Shown piece after piece: positions 30,027 to 39,825 of a stretch of DNA of 64,000 nt. Under the pieces are notes generated by a model. The model did not search any database and was not told the origin of the DNA. It saw only the letters and a list, made by a program, of their open reading frames with translations. A program made the translations under genes and the position numbers. This stretch comes from an uncultured Candidatus Saccharibacteria bacterium (GTDB lineage: Bacteria > Patescibacteriota > Minisyncoccia > Phycocordibacterales > PALSA-1337), in assembly GCA_964470105.1 (NCBI GenBank), contig CAYXZI010000001.1, forward strand, positions 37,521-101,520, in the 5' to 3' direction. Every line of letters begins with the position of its first letter. Within the stretch, counting starts at the first letter, position 1.

Positions 30027-30476
30027 CTAAGCAAAGAAACTAGCAAGAATTGCAATCAATACTATAGTAACTAAATTTGATGCAATATCTGAGAAAAACT
30101 TTTTCCAAGCAATACTCCTATCACAATTACCCCACAATATTCCAGAACCGATTGTAGGAACAACGAAACATAACCAGTTCATAATTACAAATCCAAGTGC
30201 CAACCAGAATGACTGACCATTCTGCATAGTCATTGTAATAATAAACGAAACAGCAAATGCAGTTACAAGAGACAATATTAACTGTGCTCCATATATCTTG
30301 GGCATACCTGGTTTAGCTTCTTCTATCTTTTGCTTCTGTTCCTCTGGAGATAACTTGTCAAAACCAAGATATTTCATATGAATCTTCCCCATCGGAGTTT
30401 TGTCGGAATACCAGAAAGTACCGACAACAGCAGCAATCACAGCACCAACAATTGAAAGTATTAATATTGTAAGCAT
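30027..30476 (-). CDS. DUF1761-like membrane protein
   Basis: 149 aa with 4 TM segments; the N-terminal AAVVGTFWYSDKTPMGKIHMKYLGFD resembles DUF1761. Confidence 0.5.
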   Translation of the reverse strand: MLTILILSIVGAVIAAVVGTFWYSDKTPMGKIHMKYLGFDKLSPEEQKQKIEEAKPGMPKIYGAQLILSLVTAFAVSFIITMTMQNGQSFWLALGFVIMNWLCFVVPTIGSGILWGNCDRSIAWKKFFSDIASNLVTIVLIAILASFFA

Positions 30477-30528
30477 AAATATGTATTGTTAATTATAATT
30501 AAACTTGAGGATATTATATCATATTACC

Positions 30529-30729
30529 CTATTCACTCTTCATAAACTCATCTAGAGTGGGATTACTCTTTAGTTCTGGTTTTAAATCAGTCTCCACCCC
30601 AGTATGAGCAATATGATTAAAAACTACTTCAGCAGTTTGATGATAATTACCAGCTATTAGCTTATTTAGTATTAATTTGAGTTCATCCTTACACCAATCC
30701 AGCTTCTTACTTTTAAATTTTGTTTTCAT
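30529..30729 (-). CDS. Hypothetical small protein
   Basis: 66-aa ORF immediately downstream of tRNA-Gln on the same strand; no motif. Confidence 0.3.
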   Translation of the reverse strand: MKTKFKSKKLDWCKDELKLILNKLIAGNYHQTAEVVFNHIAHTGVETDLKPELKSNPTLDEFMKSE

Positions 30730-30731
30730 TG

Positions 30732-30802
30732 CTGCCGGACTTGGAATCGAACCAAAATTTTCGCTTTCAGAGAGCGACGTACTACCTTTATACGATCCGG
30801 CA
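30732..30802 (-). tRNA. tRNA-Gln (anticodon CUG)
   Basis: Hand-folded cloverleaf: acceptor UGCCGGA/UCCGGCA with U1-A72 and a G73 discriminator (typical of bacterial tRNA-Gln); anticodon stem TCGCT/AGCGA with loop CTCTGAA; T-loop TTCGATT. Confidence 0.75.
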
Positions 30803-30876
30803 AGGTGTCTATAAAATACCGTAAATCACCACATATTGCAATCTCTGACAATCATATTTGCACCATAAATACAGTA

Positions 30877-30980
30877 GATGATATAATACTGATGTGTGAG
30901 TACGAACAAAGCGAAAGCTTAGATGTAAGTACTTCAATATAAAATGTCTACATGAGATCCTGCCTCGGCAGGATTTTGTG
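30877..30980 (+). ncRNA. Candidate small RNA (extended -10 promoter plus terminator hairpin with no ORF)
   Basis: TGaTATAAT extended -10 around 30877-30885; a GC hairpin ATCCTGCC..GGCAGGAT at 30957-30974 followed by TTTGTG; the ~85-nt interval has no ORF. Confidence 0.25.
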
Positions 30981-31049
30981 TATATAACACAAGACCCGCT
31001 GTTTAGGCGGGTTGATTGTAAGTTCAATTAAGAACAAGTAGGTATCCAC

Positions 31050-31637
31050 TTATGGATCCTCGATGCCGATAAGTACGGGCCACCTGAAACTGACAGGGTC
31101 TAATCGGTCAGCAAATCTGAGTCGATCCCTATCATCTTTGGCATATGGCAATTTATTGAAACTACCCAAATCACTCTCAACACCGAATTGGTAGAAATTG
31201 GGTAATTCCGGGTTGATGCGGACTGCTGCAACCGCCCTATGGCAGCCGGCAGAGATCAATATCTGACGGACAGCACCAGAGACAATTGTTTCTGACGCAA
31301 TTGCAATCGTCTCGCAAAGTGTGGGGGGGCGCAAATCCTTTGCCCCTAGGATCGACATGACATCCTTCCTTCGAAGAGCACATCGACTGGGTTGAGAATG
31401 ATAGGTGACGAAGTGTGCTTTAAATGGTTTGTGTTCTTCCCTGATGAACATCAAAGCCTCTTCTGAGAAGTCCATTTTCATCCAGAGATGAGACTTGCCA
31501 TCACACCCCAACCCAATCCTCGAGCAACTGTACTGATTGTACATAACCGAACCGTCAGTTGATTTGATCTCAACTGATCCAATGACCGACGCGTTTCTTA
31601 TCTTCATTTTCAAACACGAGGGTATCGTTATCCTCAT
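31050..31637 (-). CDS. Hypothetical Cys-rich protein encoded in a higher-GC island
   Basis: 195-aa ORF, ~48% GC against a ~30% background, with several Cys/His (SCLK, CSRIGLGCDG, CETIAI, AGCHRA). Downstream hairpin ACCCGC-TGTTTAG-GCGGGT at 30994-31012. Confidence 0.4.
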   Translation of the reverse strand: MRITIPSCLKMKIRNASVIGSVEIKSTDGSVMYNQYSCSRIGLGCDGKSHLWMKMDFSEEALMFIREEHKPFKAHFVTYHSQPSRCALRRKDVMSILGAKDLRPPTLCETIAIASETIVSGAVRQILISAGCHRAVAAVRINPELPNFYQFGVESDLGSFNKLPYAKDDRDRLRFADRLDPVSFRWPVLIGIEDP

Positions 31638-31750
31638 ACGGGGGCTGTTTAATCCGTTTTCCCCAACGGCTCATTTTACGAAGAACAAAAGACTCTAGAG
31701 ATATATCATTTAAAATACACACTGTCAATGCAGTTGTATATTTGACTTCT

Positions 31751-31863
31751 TGGTATAATAAACATATTGTTCCAAGTGTTGACGAACGGCTGTACTCACA
31801 TTTTAATTTAGACATTATATTTGGAGCTTTCACCCGTTCGTCAACATTCGGCGCAATACACAA
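31751..31863 (+). promoter_or_regulatory. Extended -10 promoter and structured 5' leader of murB
   Basis: TGgTATAAT at 31751-31759; the leader has a perfect 12-bp inverted repeat GTTGACGAACGG (31778-31789) / CCGTTCGTCAAC (31834-31845) around a 44-nt loop; there is no obvious SD before the murB ATG. Confidence 0.4.
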
Positions 31864-32874
31864 ATGAATATTCAAGAAAAAATTTCCCTGAAAGATTTCA
31901 CCACCTTTAGAATCGGCGGACCTGCACGATATTTTTGTACTGTAAAAAATGAAGATGAATTAATTGAAGCTGTGAGCTTTTCAAAGAAAAAGAAGATTCC
32001 CTTTTTTGTTTTAGGTGGTGGTTCTAACCTTCTTGTGTCAGATGAAGGGTTTCCAGGAATTGTGATTAAAATGGAGATGGAGGGAGTTACCTTTTCAGAC
32101 GATGGTACTGTAACCGCATTTGCTGGAGAGAATTGGGACAAGTTAGTAGAACAAACTGTAGATAGAGGTTTGTATGGTCTTGAAAATCTTTCATTAATAC
32201 CAGGAACTGTTGGTGCTACACCAGTCCAGAATATAGGTGCATATGGAAGTGAGGTAAAAGATACCATAGAGTCAGTACACGTACTTGATGTATTGAAAGA
32301 TGAATACAAAGACCTTTCAAATACAGATTGTAAATTTTCATATAGGAATAGCGTATTTAAGGAGGATCCACGTAGATATATAGTCATATCAGTAACTTTT
32401 GGATTAAAGAAGGATGGAAAAATAAATGCACAGTACAAAGATGTGCAAGAACATTTTACTTTTAAAAAGATAAAGGAACCCACCCTTAAACAGATGCGTG
32501 AGGCTATTATCGAAATCAGAAGAAGAAAACTTCCTGATGTTAAAGACTACGGTACCGCTGGATCATTCTTTAAAAATGTCATTGTTTCAACATCAAAGGC
32601 TCAGGAACTTGTAGCCAAATACCCAGAGATGATAGTTCATCCAGTAAATGACAAGAAGGTAAAGATTCCTGTAGCTTGGATACTTGATAACTTATGTGGT
32701 TTTAGAGGCGTAAAGAAAGGAAATGTGGGAACTTATAAGAATCAGGCATTGGTAATCATTAACACTGGAAACGCTACAGCAGCAGAGATCATTGCCCTAG
32801 CACAAAAGATGGTAGATGGGGTCTATGAAAAGACTGGTATAGAGATTGAACCGGAGGTTGAATATGTGATATAG
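31864..32874 (+). CDS. murB: UDP-N-acetylenolpyruvoylglucosamine reductase MurB
   Basis: FAD-binding N-terminus (TFRIGGPARYF, FFVLGGGSNLL), AGENWD, and a MurB C-terminal domain. Confidence 0.9.
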   Translation: MNIQEKISLKDFTTFRIGGPARYFCTVKNEDELIEAVSFSKKKKIPFFVLGGGSNLLVSDEGFPGIVIKMEMEGVTFSDDGTVTAFAGENWDKLVEQTVDRGLYGLENLSLIPGTVGATPVQNIGAYGSEVKDTIESVHVLDVLKDEYKDLSNTDCKFSYRNSVFKEDPRRYIVISVTFGLKKDGKINAQYKDVQEHFTFKKIKEPTLKQMREAIIEIRRRKLPDVKDYGTAGSFFKNVIVSTSKAQELVAKYPEMIVHPVNDKKVKIPVAWILDNLCGFRGVKKGNVGTYKNQALVIINTGNATAAEIIALAQKMVDGVYEKTGIEIEPEVEYVI

Positions 32875-32886
32875 TGTGAGTCACTT

Positions 32887-35385
32887 ATGGCATTTTCCAT
32901 TAAAAACATATTTGGTGACCCTAACAAGAAATTACTTAAGAAATATGAGCCTATAATCGATAAGGTTAAGGTTCTTGAACCTAGTATATCTTCCCTTTCT
33001 GATGATGGATTGAGAGCTAAGACTATTGAGTTTAGAGGTAGACTAGCAAAGGGAGAGAGTCTAGACTCAATCACACCCGAGGCTTTTGCCGTAGTACGCG
33101 AAGCTTCAAAGAGAGTTTTAGGACAAAGACACTTTGATGTTCAAATCTTAGGAGGAGCAATCCTCAATAGCGGTAGTATTGCTGAAATGCGTACAGGTGA
33201 AGGTAAAACACTTGTTGCCACCCTTCCAGCATATTTAAATGGATTAACTGGTAAAGGAGTACATGTAGTTACAGTTAACGACTACCTATCTCGTCGTGAC
33301 GCAGTATGGATGGGTCAAATATACAACTTCCTTGGACTTACGACTGGAGTTATAAACCATGAAAGTTCATTCATATACGACCCTTCACATGTAGAATCAA
33401 AAGATACGGAAAGAGATCAGTTGGGTTCTTTTAAGGTTGTGCATGAATATCTAAGACCGGTCACACGTCATGAGGCATATGCTGCTGATATCACATATGG
33501 AACAAACAATGAATTTGGTTTTGACTATCTGAGAGACAATCTTGAATATGAATCTGGATCACTTAGACAGAGGGAGTTTAACTATGCAGTTGTAGATGAA
33601 ATTGACTCAATTTTAATAGATGAAGCTAGAACTCCCTTAATTATTTCTGCACCTACCACAGACTCTGAGAACCTGTATCAGATCTTCTCTGCAATGGTTA
33701 GGGATTTTGTTAAAGATGAAGACTACACAGTCGACGAAAAGCAAAGAAGTATCGCTTTAACAAACAAAGGTATCGAGAAAGCAGAAAAGAAACTGGGTGT
33801 TGATAATATTTACACAGAGAAAGGAATTAAATACGTCCACCATCTAGAAACTGCTGTTAAAGCGAAAGCCTTATACAACATCAACACTGAGTATGTGATT
33901 AAAGATAATGGTGTGGTTATCGTTGATACTTTCACTGGACGTCTACAACCAGGAAGACGATGGTCAGAAGGTCTACATCAAGCTATAGAAGCAAAGGAGG
34001 GGGTACCAGTACAGAAGGAATCTCGTACTTATGCGTCTATTACCTTCCAAAACTATTTCAGACTATACAAAAAGCTATCTGGTATGACTGGAACAGCTTC
34101 AACTTCTTCTGAGGAATTCTATAAAGTATATGGTCTTGAAACAATCACAATCCCTACAAACAAAACGCAACAGAGAGTTGATCATAATGACCTTATATTT
34201 CAGACTGAAATAGGAAAATACAAAGCTATTGCTAGAAAGGTAAAGGAATTGAACAAGATAGGACAACCTGTGCTAATCGGTACAGTGTCAATTGAAAAAA
34301 ATGAAGTACTTTCTGATTTCCTTAAGGCAGAAGGAGTGCCTCACCAAGTTCTAAACGCTAAGAATCATGAGCGCGAAGGTGAGATTATTGCTCAAGCTGG
34401 TAAAAAAGGTGCAGTTACTATTGCTACAAATATGGCAGGAAGAGGAGTTGATATTAAACTAGGTGGTAATCCTGGCTCCCCTACCCTATATGAAGAAATT
34501 AAATCCATTGGTGGTCTCTTTGTCCTAGGTACAGAACGCCATGAAGCAAGAAGAATTGATAATCAATTGAGAGGAAGATCAGGAAGACAGGGTGATCCTG
34601 GTGCAACACAGTTCTTTGTATCACTAGAAGATTCATTGATGAGAATCTTTGCTTCAGATACCATCAAAAACCTTATGGGCAAACTTAATATTGCCGAAGA
34701 TGAAGCAATAGAGAATAGGATAATCACAAGATCACTTGAGAATGCACAATCGAAGATTGAAGGATTTAACTTTGATTCAAGAAAGCATATCCTTGAATAT
34801 GATGACATACTGAATCATCAAAGAAAGACTGTTTACGAAAGAAGAAGATATATACTCATTGGAACTCTTGATCAAGTAGAATCTAAGATCTTAGAAGTAA
34901 TTGGTGATAATGCAGAGATGAAGAAAGTGATGGAGGATAAGATTACACAACTTGGAAAAGAGCGGTTTTTGATTGTTGCACGTCAGTTAATGCTTCAAGC
35001 TATAGACATGTTCTGGGTTGAGCATTTGGAAGTAATGGATTACACTCGTTCAAGCGTAAATCTAAGAGCGTACGGTCAGAGAGATCCTCTTGTTGAATAT
35101 AAAAAGGAAGGTCTTAGACTATTTAAAGAAATGCAGATTGCGATTAACAACCAGATACTTAATCTCCTTCCTCATGTTGGTGGAGGTGTAATAACTCCAG
35201 AAGCAGTTGAATTAAAAGAAGTCCATGAACAGGCGCAGGTAATAGGTGGTGGTGATGGTGACAAGCCAGCACAGAATACAGCAACAAAGAAACCTGAGGT
35301 GGGTAGAAATGATCCTTGTCCTTGTGGATCAGGTCTAAAGTACAAGAAATGTGGAATGATTAATGCTAAGGAGCATAGAGTTTAA
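32887..35385 (+). CDS. secA: Preprotein translocase ATPase SecA
   Basis: DEAD-like motor motifs (MRTGEGKT, VDEIDSILIDEARTPLIIS), a preprotein cross-linking domain, and a C-terminal zinc-binding CPCGSGLKYKKCG. Confidence 0.95.
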   Translation: MAFSIKNIFGDPNKKLLKKYEPIIDKVKVLEPSISSLSDDGLRAKTIEFRGRLAKGESLDSITPEAFAVVREASKRVLGQRHFDVQILGGAILNSGSIAEMRTGEGKTLVATLPAYLNGLTGKGVHVVTVNDYLSRRDAVWMGQIYNFLGLTTGVINHESSFIYDPSHVESKDTERDQLGSFKVVHEYLRPVTRHEAYAADITYGTNNEFGFDYLRDNLEYESGSLRQREFNYAVVDEIDSILIDEARTPLIISAPTTDSENLYQIFSAMVRDFVKDEDYTVDEKQRSIALTNKGIEKAEKKLGVDNIYTEKGIKYVHHLETAVKAKALYNINTEYVIKDNGVVIVDTFTGRLQPGRRWSEGLHQAIEAKEGVPVQKESRTYASITFQNYFRLYKKLSGMTGTASTSSEEFYKVYGLETITIPTNKTQQRVDHNDLIFQTEIGKYKAIARKVKELNKIGQPVLIGTVSIEKNEVLSDFLKAEGVPHQVLNAKNHEREGEIIAQAGKKGAVTIATNMAGRGVDIKLGGNPGSPTLYEEIKSIGGLFVLGTERHEARRIDNQLRGRSGRQGDPGATQFFVSLEDSLMRIFASDTIKNLMGKLNIAEDEAIENRIITRSLENAQSKIEGFNFDSRKHILEYDDILNHQRKTVYERRRYILIGTLDQVESKILEVIGDNAEMKKVMEDKITQLGKERFLIVARQLMLQAIDMFWVEHLEVMDYTRSSVNLRAYGQRDPLVEYKKEGLRLFKEMQIAINNQILNLLPHVGGGVITPEAVELKEVHEQAQVIGGGDGDKPAQNTATKKPEVGRNDPCPCGSGLKYKKCGMINAKEHRV

Positions 35386-35405
35386 TATTCATATCAATAC
35401 AATTC

Positions 35406-35435
35406 GCACCCCACCGGTACCCGTCGGTGAGGTGC
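35406..35435 (+). terminator. GC-rich terminator hairpin after secA; member of a repeated palindromic motif
   Basis: GCACCCCACCGG-TACC-CGTCGGTGAGGTGC (~11 bp with one mismatch). The arm CGTCGGTGAGGTG recurs as its reverse complement at 40240-40252. Confidence 0.55.
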
Positions 35436-35568
35436 TAAATTGTTGACATAAACAGTGAGAGTAAATACACCTTGTTATAATCGACCCTATAACAATATAA
35501 GATTAACAATAGTAGTTAAAATCCATATAAAATCTAAATAAAATTAAAATGAATTTTTTATCAGATTT

Positions 35569-37269
35569 TTATTTAGACATTCTACCCTTTGCTGCTTTAA
35601 TGAACTCAGTAAAAAGTGGGTGTGGTGATAACGGACGTGCTAGAAATTCTGGGTGAAATTGCGTACCCAAAAAGAATGGGTGTATGTCACGAGGTAATTC
35701 TGCTATTTCCATTAATGTACCATCTGGTGATGTACCAGAAAACACCAAACCGGCTTTTAATAGTTTTTCTACATACTGTGGATTAACTTCATACCTATGT
35801 CTATGTCTCTCAGATATTACATTAGCGCCATAAGCCTTTTCAGCAATTGTTCCCTTCACAAGTTTCGCCTTATAAATTCCTAACCTCATACTTCCACCGT
35901 AGTTCCTTTCGATAAGTTTCTTTTTCTGATCTGGCATAATATCTATAATTACATGGGTTGCATTTGGATTTATTTCAGCAGTATGTGCTCCCTCTAGACC
36001 TAGTACATTTCTTGCATATTCAATGGTCATAAGCTGCATACCATAACACAATCCAAAATATGGTATTTTGTTCTCCCTTGCATATCTAATAACATTTAGC
36101 TTCCCCTCAATCCCCTTCTCTCCAAAACCACCAGGAACGATGATTCCATCAAATTTATCAAGGATAGAATAGTCAATATTACCTTTTTCAAAATCGTTTG
36201 CATTGATAGTATGAATTTTAGGTTTAACCTTTTGGCTGTATGCAGAATATTTTATAGCTTCCAATACTGAAACGTATGCGTCCGTCAGAACAAAATCTCC
36301 TGTATTAAAATATTTACCAACGATAGCAACGTTAATTTCCCTCTCTGTATTTTTAACAGCGCTAGCAAACTTCTTCCATTCCCCAAGACCAGGACCCTTC
36401 CTTTTTTCTAAATGAAGTGCCTCGAGAATTATTTCTCCTATATTATCCTTTTCGAAATTAAGTGGCACATCATATACACTATCTATATCTGGTGCTGAAA
36501 TGACATTTTCTGGGTGAATATTACATGTAAAAGCCAACTTTTCTTTTCTCTTCTGATCTATTGGAACCTCACATCTAGCAATGATAAAGTCTGCTTGGAC
36601 TCCATATGAGTTTAGTTGTTTAACAGCATTCTGAGTTGGCTTAGATTTCATTTCACCAATCTTCCCTGGAATTGGAAGATACGAAACCATTATGAACTGA
36701 ACATCACCTGGATTTCTAAACTTTAAAACTCTCGCGGCTTCGATAAACATAACATTCTGATAGTCACCAACTGTACCCCCAATTTCTATAATTGAGATAT
36801 CTGATTTATTGATAACCGCAGCATGTTTGATTCTTCGAACAATCTCTTCACGAATATGATCTGCATCAACAAATTTTCCGCCATACTCTAAAGCTCGCTC
36901 TTTATCAATTACATGCTTATAAACCATACCTGAAGTCATATAGTCATCATTAGAAAGATCCTGATTTAGGAATCTCTCATAATTTCCCATGTCTTGATCA
37001 GTTTCTAGCCCTGAGTTTAGAACAAAAACTTCACCATGTTCGGTTGGATTCATGGTTCCAGCGTCTACATTCAAATATGGATCAACTTTTACTAGATTTA
37101 CCTTATACCCCTTTGCTTGAAGGATAGTTCCTAGTGAAGATGTAGCGATACCCTTTCCTACTCCGGACATAACTCCTCCGACGACAAAAATATACTTATG
37201 ATTTTCTTTCTTACCCTTTCTTTGATTATCTTTTATTTTCTTTACTTTCGCATCTGTCTTTCTTTTCAT
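35569..37269 (-). CDS. pyrG: CTP synthase PyrG
   Basis: N-terminal synthetase domain (GGVMSGVGKGI) and a C-terminal class I glutamine amidotransferase (GLCYGMQ, HRHRYE). Confidence 0.95.
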   Translation of the reverse strand: MKRKTDAKVKKIKDNQRKGKKENHKYIFVVGGVMSGVGKGIATSSLGTILQAKGYKVNLVKVDPYLNVDAGTMNPTEHGEVFVLNSGLETDQDMGNYERFLNQDLSNDDYMTSGMVYKHVIDKERALEYGGKFVDADHIREEIVRRIKHAAVINKSDISIIEIGGTVGDYQNVMFIEAARVLKFRNPGDVQFIMVSYLPIPGKIGEMKSKPTQNAVKQLNSYGVQADFIIARCEVPIDQKRKEKLAFTCNIHPENVISAPDIDSVYDVPLNFEKDNIGEIILEALHLEKRKGPGLGEWKKFASAVKNTEREINVAIVGKYFNTGDFVLTDAYVSVLEAIKYSAYSQKVKPKIHTINANDFEKGNIDYSILDKFDGIIVPGGFGEKGIEGKLNVIRYARENKIPYFGLCYGMQLMTIEYARNVLGLEGAHTAEINPNATHVIIDIMPDQKKKLIERNYGGSMRLGIYKAKLVKGTIAEKAYGANVISERHRHRYEVNPQYVEKLLKAGLVFSGTSPDGTLMEIAELPRDIHPFFLGTQFHPEFLARPLSPHPLFTEFIKAAKGRMSK

Positions 37270-37290
37270 AATCGTATTGTATCAAAATTT

Positions 37291-38244
37291 TTAAACTCGT
37301 AAATACCTCCTTACAGCAAGATAACTTGATATAGCGCCTAAAATAATACCGAAGCCCATAATTAGAACAAATATCTGACCGAAGTTACTGATAAAATACG
37401 AAGAGAAAACATTTGCTAGTAGTGGCACTTCATTAATATTCTGGACTCCGGATAGTCTCACTAATAATATATCACTGTAGAAGGCAAACGCACAAAGAAT
37501 TACAAGCGTTAGTAGTCCTGAAAATACACCGTACATTATACCTGAAATAACGAATGGGCCTCGTATATATAGATTTGAAGCACCTACAAGCTTCATAACG
37601 GATATTTCATCTTTTGCTGTAAATATAATCAATCTGATTGTATTGAATACAATGATTATTGCTACTATCACAAAAATTATTGCAATAACTGTTCCCATTT
37701 TTTCTATTGCATAAATTATTCTACCTAGTCTTTCGATGTTTAGCTTATTCTGATTATAATTTATTTTTTCTACAATACCAGAACCATTTTGTGTCGAATT
37801 CTTACTATCAAGGAAACTGGCAATACCAGCATATTGTGATGGCTCTTTTGCCTTTATATTCAAAACAGCTGGAAAAGGATTCGATCCGATTTCCTCTAGA
37901 CCCTGTATTATTAAAGCATTATCCTTCCACTTATCTCTAAAATCTGATAGGGCTTGATCGCGTGACACATACTCAACCTTTTCAACTTCAGGCAGTGATT
38001 CTATGGTCTTTCTTAATGCAAAAATATCTGATTCTTGAGCCTCAATGGTAAAATACACATTTATATCAACCTTATTTTTTATCTCTTTAATCAGTGCCCT
38101 TCCAAAAGCAGAACTGAATATTAATGCACCCAAAACTGATAGCGAAAGGGTTATAACCACAACAGCAGAAAATGAAAGAAATCCATTCCTCCAGAAATTA
38201 ATAAACCCAGTTCGTATTATTCTTTTAAAGTGTGTAAAAATCAT
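37291..38244 (-). CDS. ftsX: Cell-division ABC transporter permease FtsX
   Basis: TM1, a ~100-aa extracytoplasmic domain, three C-terminal TM segments; directly downstream of ftsE. Confidence 0.8.
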   Translation of the reverse strand: MIFTHFKRIIRTGFINFWRNGFLSFSAVVVITLSLSVLGALIFSSAFGRALIKEIKNKVDINVYFTIEAQESDIFALRKTIESLPEVEKVEYVSRDQALSDFRDKWKDNALIIQGLEEIGSNPFPAVLNIKAKEPSQYAGIASFLDSKNSTQNGSGIVEKINYNQNKLNIERLGRIIYAIEKMGTVIAIIFVIVAIIIVFNTIRLIIFTAKDEISVMKLVGASNLYIRGPFVISGIMYGVFSGLLTLVILCAFAFYSDILLVRLSGVQNINEVPLLANVFSSYFISNFGQIFVLIMGFGIILGAISSYLAVRRYLRV

Positions 38245-38255
38245 TATATTAAAAA

Positions 38256-38936
38256 TTACAAGACATATTTACCATGCTTATCATCCCTAACCACCTTCCC
38301 CCTTTCCATGGTTACCACTCGTCCACCAACCGTATCCACAACACTCTTATCGTGAGTCGTTAGAAGGACAGTGGTACCAAGCTTATGTATCTTCTGCAGA
38401 ATTTTAATTATATCAGATGTGTTTACTGGATCCAGATTTCCTGTCGGCTCATCAGCTATAATAATATCTGGTTGAGTAACAATTGCTCGAGCTATAGCAA
38501 CTCTCTGCTTTTCTCCTCCAGATAGTTCATGCGGAAAATTCCATATCTTATTACCCAAATCTACCAATTCAAGAACATGAGGTACATCTGATTTTATTTC
38601 ACTATCTGTACGTCCCGCAGCTTCCATTGCAAAAGCAATATTTTCATATGCTGTCTTATTACCAATCAGTCTGAAGTCTTGAAATACAGTACCAATACGT
38701 CTACGCAACTGATTCATATCACCTTTTCTAAGCTTATGAATATTAGCAGATTCAAAAAAGACAGCACCATCTGTAGGTCTATCCTCAGCGATAATCATTT
38801 TCATCAGAGTAGTTTTACCAGCACCTGAATGACCAACAATAGTAACGAATTCATTTGGTTCTACAGCAAAAGACACCTGATCTAGAGCAATTGACTTATC
38901 AGGGTATATCTTACTAACCTTATCGAAATAAATCAT
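38256..38936 (-). CDS. ftsE: Cell-division ATP-binding protein FtsE
   Basis: Walker A GHSGAGKTT, signature LSGGEKQR, Walker B IIIADEPT; ~226 aa. Confidence 0.9.
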   Translation of the reverse strand: MIYFDKVSKIYPDKSIALDQVSFAVEPNEFVTIVGHSGAGKTTLMKMIIAEDRPTDGAVFFESANIHKLRKGDMNQLRRRIGTVFQDFRLIGNKTAYENIAFAMEAAGRTDSEIKSDVPHVLELVDLGNKIWNFPHELSGGEKQRVAIARAIVTQPDIIIADEPTGNLDPVNTSDIIKILQKIHKLGTTVLLTTHDKSVVDTVGGRVVTMERGKVVRDDKHGKYVL

Positions 38937-38943
38937 ACGCTAA

Positions 38944-39825
38944 TTATAGCATACGTTCAGCATCTAAAAACTCATCAAGATGACCCTCAAGTACTTTGTC
39001 AACTTGGGAGGTCTCAACATTTGTTCTGTGATCTTTTACCATTTTATATGGGTGAAAAACATATGAGCGTATCTGATTTCCCCACTCAATAGACGTTGTT
39101 TTACTTATATACATTCCCTTTTCACGAGCGATTCTCTCATCCTCCATTTGTTTAAAAAGTTTACCTTTCAATATATCTAATGCTTTTTCCTTATTTTGGG
39201 CCTGTGATCTTTCTGATGTGACATGTACCGATAATCCAGTCGGTTTATGTACAATTCTGACCGCAGTCTCTCTCTTATTAACATTCTGTCCACCAGGACC
39301 ACCAGATTTCGCAATTGATATTTCTATATCCTTATCAGGTAATTCCATATCAGCGCTATTAGTCTTTTCAAACTTCGGAATTATTTCAACCATAGAAAAT
39401 GAAGTGTGTCGCAATTGCTTAGCATTAAAAGGTGAGATTCTTACAAGTCTATGTACTCCACTTTCGTTCTTAAGAGTTCCATATACATCCTTACCAGATA
39501 TCTCAACAGTGATATTTCTATACCCACCATGATCATTTTGATTTTCATGCACAACTTCCATGCCCCAGCCCCTATTTTCAGCTAATTTTCTATACATACG
39601 ATACAGAATTGAAGAGAAATCCTCAGCATCATCACCACCGGCGCCAGAAAAAATGGTCATAATCGCATTACCTTTATCAAACTTACCTATACCAGACAAA
39701 GCATCTTTCAAATCCTGTAATTCTTTAATCATTCCCTGCGCCTTCTGGGGATTGTTCCAAAAATCAGCTGCTTGCATCGCAGACTCAATTTCTTGTATTC
39801 TATTTTCTGTTTTACTTTTATCCAT
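38944..39825 (-). CDS. prfB: Peptide chain release factor 2 (compact form; no programmed frameshift detected)
   Basis: SPF tripeptide (RISPFNAKQ), GGQ motif ([20 protein letters not shown]), and an RF2-like N-terminus ([15 protein letters not shown]). Only 293 aa; the upstream MGMT-like gene overlaps the start by 8 nt, leaving no room for a frameshifted N-terminus. Confidence 0.8.
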   Translation of the reverse strand: MDKSKTENRIQEIESAMQAADFWNNPQKAQGMIKELQDLKDALSGIGKFDKGNAIMTIFSGAGGDDAEDFSSILYRMYRKLAENRGWGMEVVHENQNDHGGYRNITVEISGKDVYGTLKNESGVHRLVRISPFNAKQLRHTSFSMVEIIPKFEKTNSADMELPDKDIEISIAKSGGPGGQNVNKRETAVRIVHKPTGLSVHVTSERSQAQNKEKALDILKGKLFKQMEDERIAREKGMYISKTTSIEWGNQIRSYVFHPYKMVKDHRTNVETSQVDKVLEGHLDEFLDAERML

